Source of the DNA: Podarcis pityusensis
Taxonomy: Eukaryota
Strand: one strand, 5' to 3'
DNA length: 64,000 bases
NCBI GenBank assembly: GCA_964106645.2
Contig: OZ067045.1
Shown here: positions 49,801 to 64,000 of the stretch, piece after piece
Numbering within the stretch: position 1 is the stretch's first letter
Layout: every line of letters begins with the position of its first letter
Notes under the pieces: model-generated
Seen by the model: only the letters and a program-made list of their open reading frames with translations
Databases searched by the model: none
Told to the model about the DNA's origin: nothing
Position numbers and translations under genes: made by a program

Positions 49801-51175
49801 TTCTCCTGCCCCTCCCAGAGCAATGGCACGATGAGCAGCTGTGCTGAGAGGGGTATGAAGAGGGTGTCTGCAATGGTGTCTGCGGAGGCAGCAGCTGCAT
49901 CCCAGTGACACAGATGGAGTGGAAATGCAGATCAGCCTCCTTGGTGGGAAAGTGTGAGTGGAATTAATGAGGAGAGTTCCCTGCACTCTCAGCAGACAAG
50001 AAGAGGCAGGGAGGGAAATCCAGGCTGCAGGTCGGCTTTTGGATTTGTTATTATCGGCCATCATGTGCATGGATCACACAGAATGAGGCGAGCAGACTCT
50101 CAAGGGATCTGCCAAAAACACCCAGTGGATCCCACACCTCTGTTCTACTTCTTCACAGAAAATGCGGGGCTCAAAGTCCTCCCTCTTTCACTGGGAGGCT
50201 GCGTCTGGAAAGGGAGCTTATTTGATTTTGAGCAGGCCTTTCAAAATGTATTGGCTGCACAGGCCGCAAGTTCAGCAAGAGAGACCCACGTGAGCTGCTC
50301 ATCAAGGCCCCACGGAACTAGCTGGATGTGTCCTTTGATGTGGGCACAGCTGGGAGCTGGCGTTGCGCATGACTAGTGCCCCTCGCCAGAGTGGGAGGAC
50401 TTTGTGTTTCTCACTGAGAATTTTAAGTTGGCTACTGTTTTAATCTGCCTCTCTTCTGCTCTGTTGTTGTTTTATCTGCTTTGGATATTTGTTTTGTTTT
50501 TATTGTACATTGCTTCAGATAGCTGCCTTTGACACACAGTATGTGGAAAGATGGGTCATAAATTAAGGGCTCGTCCAAACTTGACTTGTATTTTTATTGC
50601 ATTGTGCCCTGATTACCGTACTTTTCCGTCTATAAGACGAGGGTCTTTAATTTAAAAATTAGCTTTAAAATTATCCCTCGTCTTATACTTGGGTAGTGCA
50701 GAGTGGGGTTGGGCGATTGGTTGCAGCTTCGAGCAGGAGATTCTCAGTGGCGATAGTGCTGGTAGTGCTGATGATTGGTGGCTGTGAGAAAGACTGCTGA
50801 CGATTAGCTGCTATTTGCCATTTTCTTAATTTGGAGTCCCCAAAAATAGGGGGCGTCTTATACATGGGGGCGTGTTATACATGGAAAAATATGGTAATTC
50901 CCCAGGGTCCAAGAGGTTTTCTCATTGTTCTGCAGCTGTGCCTTGCGAAAATCAGTTCTTACCCACTGAACTGGATCTTCGTAGATGCATAGAAAATCTG
51001 AAGAGAGATGTTGCTTACTGAGCTATTGAGTCAACGGGTACAATGGATTTTTCTCAAGGCACAGCCACAGAACAATGGGGAAGCTCTTAGACCTGGGGGA
51101 ATTAGTTGGTACACAATGCAATCAGAATACGGGCAGACGAAAGGGTGGCTGAGCCCTGATTTTTGCAAAATCTCC

Positions 51176-51234
<59 letters not shown>

Positions 51235-51668
51235 TTTTGAGCTTTTTAAAATAGGGAATTTGCAAAAAAAAAACAACAACCCAACACTTCCAATGTAGGC
51301 TGTCATATACCTGGATTTTCCCAGGCATTCTAAACGATTTCTGAAAATTCTGCCTGGACGCTATTTTTTGTGGACAAATCCCCGGATATGTCTGGGAAAT
51401 TCCGGACATATGGCAGTCCTAATGAAAGGTCTGTCGGTGTGAGGAAGCAACCAGGTGTGCTGGTCAGTCCCGACCTGCCTTTCTTTCTCTTGGCATAGGT
51501 CTGCACCCCCACCCCCACCCTAACCCCCGGGCTGGCTACCTGCGCTCCCCATCCTGGACAAGGTCAAAAGGTGATCAGGGCCGGGAGAAGAAGCAATTCA
51601 GCGACTCGGAACTCCAGGCCAGCAAAGCAGACACTTTCCTTACTGTGGAGAAGCCGAAAGAAGAATAA
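39642..51668 (+). CDS. DBNDD1: Dysbindin domain-containing protein 1, 164 aa
   Basis: Exons 39642-39672 ([10 protein letters not shown]), 47576-47728 (…[20 protein letters not shown]), 48141-48281 ([40 protein letters not shown]…) and 51499-51668 (…[12 protein letters not shown]…[12 protein letters not shown]). All GT-AG and in frame; syntenic with GAS8. Confidence 0.95.
43997..44024. repeat. (AGC)n microsatellite, DBNDD1 intron 1
   Basis: About 9 tandem trinucleotide units. Confidence 0.9.
45990..46273 (+). mobile_element. tRNA-headed SINE with CR1-type tail, split by a MITE
   Basis: tRNA-like head (tcagttggttagagcgtggtgctgataatgccaagg…ggttcgatccc) and tail ggtcccttccaactct…atgattct. Interrupted at 46062-46184. 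Confidence 0.75.
46062..46184. mobile_element. 123-bp hAT-type MITE nested in a SINE
   Basis: TIRs taaggttacgagat / atctggtaacctta (1 mismatch); perfect 8-bp TSD gtatagga (46054-46061, 46185-46192). Confidence 0.85.
46846..46879. repeat. (AC)n microsatellite
   Basis: About 17 dinucleotide units. Confidence 0.9.
50616..50894. mobile_element. pogo/Tigger-like MITE
   Basis: TA-flanked imperfect TIRs ccgtacttttcc / ggaaaaatatgg with repeated tataagacg/cgtcttata subterminal motifs. Confidence 0.65.
51177..51234. repeat. (AGAA)n microsatellite
   Basis: About 14 tetranucleotide units. Confidence 0.9.
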
Positions 51669-54600
51669 CGAGAGCCAGAAGCCAGACCAAGGTGCCAACA
51701 CTTACTCTTGCACTAACCACAAATTCCAAGCAATTTGTGACCTTAAGAGACATTCATTCTGCCTCCTCCTCTGCCTCCCTTCCTCCCTCCCAGGTCAAGA
51801 CATTTGCCAGTCTTGCTGGTTGTGTAAAAATCATTTCGCTTAGCCCCCGGCCATGAGTCACATTTGCCCATCAGGACCTTCTTTGCATTGCCATCAACAC
51901 CAGGCAGCAGATGCCACGTCTAGGGGAGACGGCTGCGGCCCTGTTTCCTTTAGGCACTTTTGAACCTTCTGCTGCTACCTTCTCAACAAAGCCAGTGGCG
52001 ATGGACACACCAACAAGAGGCTACCTTGATGGGGACGAGTAGAAACGGGAGAGGGAGAGTGGCTTGAAGCACACAGCAATAGAGAAAAAGCTCCCCTTCT
52101 TCAGCCACGTGCCTTGAGCAATGCTGGGGTGATGGGAGGCAGCGTCTCAGCCAGGGAAAGGAACCTTGTTATACCAAAGGAACCCGGGGGAAACTCAGAA
52201 CCATTTCTACAACACTTCCAGGATATGCGGTGAAGCCAAAAGTCCAGCTGCAAGGAGGACCTGCTGGGAAAGGGTGGAACCAGTCCTCACTTCCGAAAGC
52301 ACATTTTCTTCCCAGTGGCCTTAACTCCCAGCTGCTGCTTTGGGGTTTTGGTCTTCTTAGCACACAGCATCCACAGGCTTGGCCTGGCTCGGCATCAGGG
52401 CAGCTGCACGCTTCTCCTCCTGCAACTTTGTGCATTCTCAGGAGGAGGAAGAGCTCCCGCCACAACAACTGCTTTGAAGCCAGAAAGTAGCAGGACCTAA
52501 TTGAGCAGCTAAGCCCATCCTATGGTACGTCCCCTTGTGAACTGGGGAGGCCTCTTTGTGCTGGTGGAAAGGGGCACGCTGCTGAGACTGCTTCTTGCCC
52601 TGTTGTGCATTAAACCAGAAGCTCTCAGCCAAGTGCTGGACCCAGCTTGTGTTTTCCCTAGTGGTGGCACTCTGGTGCCTGAATGCCCTTGTAGCAGTGA
52701 CAGGGAGTTAGTTCAGTCTCTGGGGTCCCCTTCAGCACAGGCTCCTCCCAAGGCTTACACACCCTCTTGTACCCTACTGAGGTTTTTGGACCTCAGAAAC
52801 TTTGGGGGCCCAGTGTCCAGTTTACCGTACCTTCCTCATCATGGCTGGTCAGCCACTTGGTGTTGCTGCTTGGCAGACTGGGCACCTGCTGTTGGCACCC
52901 AGTTAGCTAGACCCAGAGGGTTGCACCCCCTCTCTCCTCCCCCCCCCAAACAGTCTCCCTCTCCTCTCCTTCTCAGAATGGGAAAGCTAGGATGGGGCAG
53001 GAACAGCAGCTTCTCTCTCCCAGCCCGACACCATTCAAATCATGTTGTTCCATTCACTTTGCAAATGTGCCGCAGTCCTTACTGTGTTTGCTCTCGAAAC
53101 ATGCCTGTCAGTGACACTGAACCGGAGGCTGAGAGGTGGCGACTTGCAGCTGAGGCCATTCAGTTAGGTGGGACCACAGGCCAGAGCTCAGCCCAGCCCT
53201 CTAATCCATCAACCACACTGACTCTCCAGACCTCCAACAGAGACGGGGGTACCGCACAAAGCCTACAGAGTAACTGCACAGCCCTGTTCTGGGTGACTGC
53301 ATCTTTCTGGGGGAGGGAGTGGGGGGGGGGTTAGAGGCTCCACAGCCTGAGACACCGCAGTAGCCATGGGCGAAGGGAATGCTGCATTTCTTTACAGCCA
53401 CCAAGAGAGGTGGTCTGGGCCTTAGTTTAAAGCCGGTTTCCTTGCCAAACAGATCAGAGGGCGACAAAATCTTCTCATGCATTCCTGGGATGAGTCTGTA
53501 GCAAGCAGCAGCCTCCATCCTCCGCAGCAAAATGCTGGCATCTTAAGGCAAGAGGGATTTATGTCAAGACAAATGGAGCTGCAGATGCCCTCCTTCCTCC
53601 TCTTTGGGAATTCAAAAATGCACAGCCCTCAGCCCTCTCCACTTTGCCTGCCACGCCAGAGGAGATAAACCTTCAAGCCCCATTGTGGAGCGCAGATGAC
53701 GAGGACTCTGAGGCTTGTCCAGAGTTTCACGGCTTAACAGATAAGCATCTGCTGATTGCAGCACAAGCTGATCTCACAGCCAGCTGAAGTGGAAATGCTG
53801 GTGTATCATGATGCCCAGATGACATACGAGCCACCAGGGAATGTGTGTGTGCGCATGTGCCGAGAGGGGGCTCAGGGAGAACAGCAGCTGCCTGCTTCCC
53901 AAATTGATCCTTTGCTTCCACAGCCAAATTCAGCTGTTTGCAGGGATGCTCTCAAGTGCATCCACACCCTTCCAGTTCACGAAACCCAGTTTGTTGTTTA
54001 TAACACAGGAACCAGAAGCCAATCCTGGAACCCTGAGTCCCTGTGCCAATTTAAGCTGGATCTAACTGGGGCTTGTGGCAGAAGAGGGACATCACCGAAA
54101 AGCAGCCTCTTCTGGAGGACGTGAGGCTGGTTTCATCCTTGCTATGATCTGAGGAACAGTCAGCTTTGTTGGCCAAAGTGGAGGCAGGAAGCTGCAGCAG
54201 GGATACCACCAGATCAGCACAATTACAGAGGCCCAGAGGCAAGGGGAGCAGGGGAGCCAAGGCCACACAGCTCTGCTTGGCCAGGACAGACTTCCCTGGC
54301 GCGCTGCATTTTTCTCACTTGGCACAGCGACAGCATCAAGGCCACTTGAAGGCAAAGGCCACAAAGCTCTTCCAGGTGGCGAGTTCAAGTTTCCATCAAG
54401 TCCAGCCCCTTCATGCTTGGAGACTCGCCTCTGGGTTGCTCACTCTTGTCAAAGCACAATTCCTGTGGCCTTGCATTGTGCGCAGGTGGGAGAAGTCAGC
54501 CTCAATAAGCCTGACAGATCACCCCTGGAGCTGGAGGCTGTCCTTCACAGCAATCAGGGTTTCTTAAAGCCACAGAACCAAATTTTCTAGGAGCAGCAGC

Positions 54601-57574
54601 TAGAATGACCCATACCATTCTCTCGCGCCCTCCTTCCTCATGCCAACAGGTCCAGCCAGTTGCTTGTTTGGGGGCTCCTTTGCTCCCTCTGCAATGCTCA
54701 GCACATGCAACAGTATTTACCTGGGCACAGAGGACCAACCAGAGCTTTTCTGCAGGCACACAATGAACAGGGGTCAGGAAGGCAGGAGGTGGCACTTCCA
54801 GATACTTCTTGCCCAGCTCTTGGCCTCTCATTGGGCAAGGTGTAAGAGCTGGCAAAACAAAGTCTCAGTTGCTCTTACTGAGGCAGAACTACAGCTTTTA
54901 CAGGAGCCAATCAGAAGTGTGCTGGATATCACCTAGCGATGACCCAACATGTCCTTTGCTGTTCTTGGGGCTGGGCTGCAGCTTTGACTGTCACACAATC
55001 CACTTGCCGGTGCCATGAGCAGGAAAACTGCCCAATTGGCCTTGCAGACCCAGGTCTGACCTTGATGATGCCCTGCACACCACTGTCTTGTCATTCACCC
55101 AACAGACATGTGTAATCCAGGTTTCTGCACTTGGGGTTTGAAGTTTGAATGTGCCCAGTTATGATTTATTGCTGTTCCCCCTCTCCAACCCCTGGGGTCA
55201 GACAGCAGTGGCCTCTAAAACTGTGGAACAGACCCAACAATAGATCACAGCGTGTATCCTGTCCTGGCAATGTAGTCTGAACCATTAAAGCAAAATCATT
55301 GCTTTTTCTGTTGTTTTGCTTTGTTCTTATGAAGCAAGGAAACAAACAAACAAACCCACATGCAGAATAAAACAGGCTGTTTATCAAATAAATACACTTG
55401 TATTCCCAAGTCCAATAGATTCCTTCCCTAGTCCTTGCATGGAAGGAAAGGCTGCTGAAGTCAGAATCCACAGCACAATGGAAGTGAGGTGGTGGGGGGT
55501 GCTGTAAGTTTCCAGCTAGAAGCTGCAGAGCCCACAAAATCTGCTTTTTGCAGACTGTGTTTTCTTGCTCCCTACTGATAACACTGAGGCTCAACTGGGG
55601 GTGACTTGTGCCCAACCTGATTTGTTCCCCCTCATCAGTGGCTTCGTCACAATCTGCTAATCCTGCACGCCTCCTTCAGCCTCCATACCTCCCATTTTAC
55701 CTGAGATATATATTCAGTAGTGTCCACACTGACACATCACACCACTGCTATCTGTAATGTTCTTGGTACTTTATCTATTGCTCCTTGTTGCCCTCTCTGC
55801 AGATCTGCTTACCAAGGCTTGCATATCTGCCTTTGTTTACAAAGGATACACGTTTTCCTCTTTAGAAACCTGGTTGTCTTTTGGGGGCTGGCTTTAGCGT
55901 TTCATTTTTAAATTAGGTTACGCTTGCACACACTTCAGCAGCACTCTGTCTCTCCTTCTATACAGGGCTAAATTTAAAGCTGAAGAGGAGAGAAGGGGAA
56001 ACCTACTGAACTGAGTGCAAGCCAAGAGGCGTCTCAGAGGTGCCCACAATCCATATGACCTCTGCTCAAGACCCTGGAGAGTTGCAACAGTCAGGCCAGG
56101 CCGGCCTTCCCCAACCTGGTCCTCTTCAGATGCTCTGAGCTGTTTTATTTATAAGATTTGTGGCCCGCTGTTCAACCCTAAGGTCCCAGGTCAGGTTTTA
56201 ACAACAGAAAAGACTATAGAAACAGACAAAACCATTACAATTGCTACAGCTCCCATCAGCCCGTTCTGAAACATCTGGAGGACCCCTGGTGGGAAAGGCT
56301 GGGGTAAGCAGCATTACTGGGCAAGAAGGACACATAAGTCTGACCTATACCTATATGGTAGATGTGGGGCACCTTTCATGTGAAAATGTGACTCCCTGCA
56401 AAGGTTCTCAAGGACAGGGAAAGAAAAAAGCAACTCATCATGCAGAAGACGGCTCCTATGCTGGACTCCTGGAAGAAGGTGGTGTCCAAACTTATTTTGG
56501 TCTTTGAATGTAGCAAATATGACTTTCAGTAAAGCCAGTTTTGCTGAGCTAATCAGCGTTGTTTCTGCTGAGTCACTTTTTCAGAAGCCGGTCGGTCAAA
56601 CGCTTTGGAACGGCCAGCATTCAAGTGAGTAAACAGCAGAAGCAGCTAGCAGTGGGGGTGGAGTGGAGGCGGGGGGGGGGGGGCAAGGCCGACCCACAGG
56701 TTTTACATGGGAGGCTTTGCCAACGTGGGGCAGGGGGTTCAGGACGACTTCTGCCCAGTGGGCATTACATGGGCAAATGCCAGGTTGATTTGGCATCTGG
56801 CGGAAGGCTGGATGAAGTGGTTCCAAAGGCAGCGGCTACAAGAGAGTTGGCACAACACACCCACATCAAAACCCTCACAGGTACAAATTCTAAGCCTTTT
56901 GGCAACTGAGCACAAGGTGCCAAGAAAGGAGTGCTGGAAGTGGTGGTGGTGGTGGTGGGGTGAGTTGGGCTGCATAGCCTCCTGCCCTGACTGCTCCAAC
57001 AGTGATCTAGGAGACAGAGCCCCGAAGCCACTAAGATGTCTTGCATGGAAGCCCACTGGTTGCCCACCATAGGTGACATTTCCAAGGCAAAAGCAGCAGG
57101 AAGTAAAGGGCCCAAAGGGGCCCTGAGCTGCTCCTTTGCAGGGACTCGAGTGAGACTGAAGTATAAACTGCCTAAACAACCAGGAGGGGGTTCCTGCACT
57201 GCTGCCCTCAAGGCAAAGCCTCCTCTGCAGGGAAGGCATTTGGTGGTGAGAAATAACAGGCACTGTGTAAAGGAAGGAGGTTGCTCCGCAGGCAATGGGA
57301 AAGCAGTTGATGTTGCACACAGGACAGCCATGGTCTGGAGTGGCCCTACTGGATTTGCTTGGGGCTCCTGTCCCCTGGATCCTCTGGGGCCCCTTATGCC
57401 AACAGAGCTAGAAGCTAAGGATTCAAGTAGCACCATTTAAACTAGCACCATGTTCCTATTCAGACCTATTCACTTCCACCCTTAGATAAGTCCACGGGGT
57501 TCTCAAGGTTCACAGAAATTCTTCTGCATGGCCTTCTGCTGTTCACTCTTGCCCATTTGTAAGGCAGGCTGGCA

Positions 57575-57625
57575 GGGGAGGGGAGGGGAGGGGAGGGGAA
57601 GGGAAGGGAAGGGAAGGGAAGGGAA
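57575..57625. repeat. (GGGGA/GGGAA)n pentanucleotide repeat
   Basis: Purine-only tandem run. Confidence 0.85.
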
Positions 57626-58091
57626 AGCAGGGGGGAAGCTGGAGTGAAGGCACTGAGCATAATAAGGCAGCCCTTGGTCCCTTGAGCAGAGCAGTCTCCT
57701 GGAAAGGATACTCCTCGCCTGCTCTTACCTTCCCAGACTGCTGGGTCTGTGTGCGTCAGATGGTCAATGAGTTTACTGGAGGCACAGAGGCTGTTTGTGA
57801 TCAGTTCAGGAGAGGGCACCTGCTTTTCTCTGCTCCAAGCAACCATCCCAGTTCATGTCCTTCGTTGGAGGGGGGAGAACTGAAGAAGGTTGCTTGCTGC
57901 AGACAGTGGTCCTTGAACATTGTTGCTGGTCCTTTGGTGGAAGCGGAGCCTGACAGTGTTCCATGATTCCATGGCAAAGTGAGGCTCAGCTGGTCTCTCG
58001 GCAGTGCTGCCCCCAGCCAAAGAAACAGGCCTTGGTGCTTGACCAATGGACAATGTGCCATGCGTTTCTTTTCAGGCTGGCCCTGCTTTCC

Positions 58092-63739
<5,648 letters not shown>

Positions 63740-63744
63740 CTGGA

Positions 63745-63753
63745 AAAAGAGAC

Positions 63754-63784
<31 letters not shown>
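63745..63784. repeat. (GA)n microsatellite forming the polypyrimidine tract of an AFG3L1 acceptor
   Basis: GA run immediately upstream (on the - strand) of the exon starting at 63739. Confidence 0.85.
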
Positions 63785-64000
63785 TGGTAGTGCAACTGAA
63801 GGAAAAGGGAACTTGGCGTCTTCAGCAACCTTCTGTTTGGCAGAGCTTTAAGAAGGTCTTTGAAATTTATTCCAAGGAAGAGATAGTCCAGATCAGCCTG
63901 AAAGCTCCTTTAAGCACCTTCAGAGCTGGCAAGACATTTATTTATTTATTATTATTCTATTTCCTATATTTACATGCCACCTTTTCCTTCAAGAAGCTCA

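Noticed and set aside
52522-53334. 270-aa ORF downstream of DBNDD1, and 134-223 aa ORFs at 56559-57440
   Set aside because: No recognisable homology or exon structure; probably 3' UTR or intergenic chance ORFs.

Overview
Vertebrate genomic DNA from a squamate reptile, most likely a lacertid lizard (inferred from Sauria SINE, BovB and a tRNA/CR1-tailed SINE). The window is the conserved AFG3L1-DBNDD1-GAS8-URAH block next to an E/P-type cadherin. Left to right: (1) exons 1-2 of a CDH3/CDH1-type cadherin on the - strand, continuing off the left edge; (2) a 9-exon + strand gene model (18496-24654, 371 aa); (3) complete GAS8/DRC4 (-, 11 coding exons, 482 aa); (4) complete DBNDD1 (+, 4 exons, 164 aa); (5) the last five exons of an uninterrupted AFG3L1-type m-AAA protease (-). 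The main discovery is model (2). A signal peptide, a mini-propeptide ending in RQKR and two type-I cadherin repeats (EC1-EC2) can splice in frame onto the 5-hydroxyisourate hydrolase (URAH, transthyretin-like) exons, predicting a secreted cadherin-HIUase chimera. The cadherin half has lost Trp2, its acceptor pocket and everything after EC2. The HIUase half keeps His/Arg/His/YRGS but has no recognisable first exon of its own. The fusion junction is inferred from splice sites and reading frame and needs transcript confirmation. All exon boundaries were read by hand, and homology calls rest on recalled family sequences rather than database searches.
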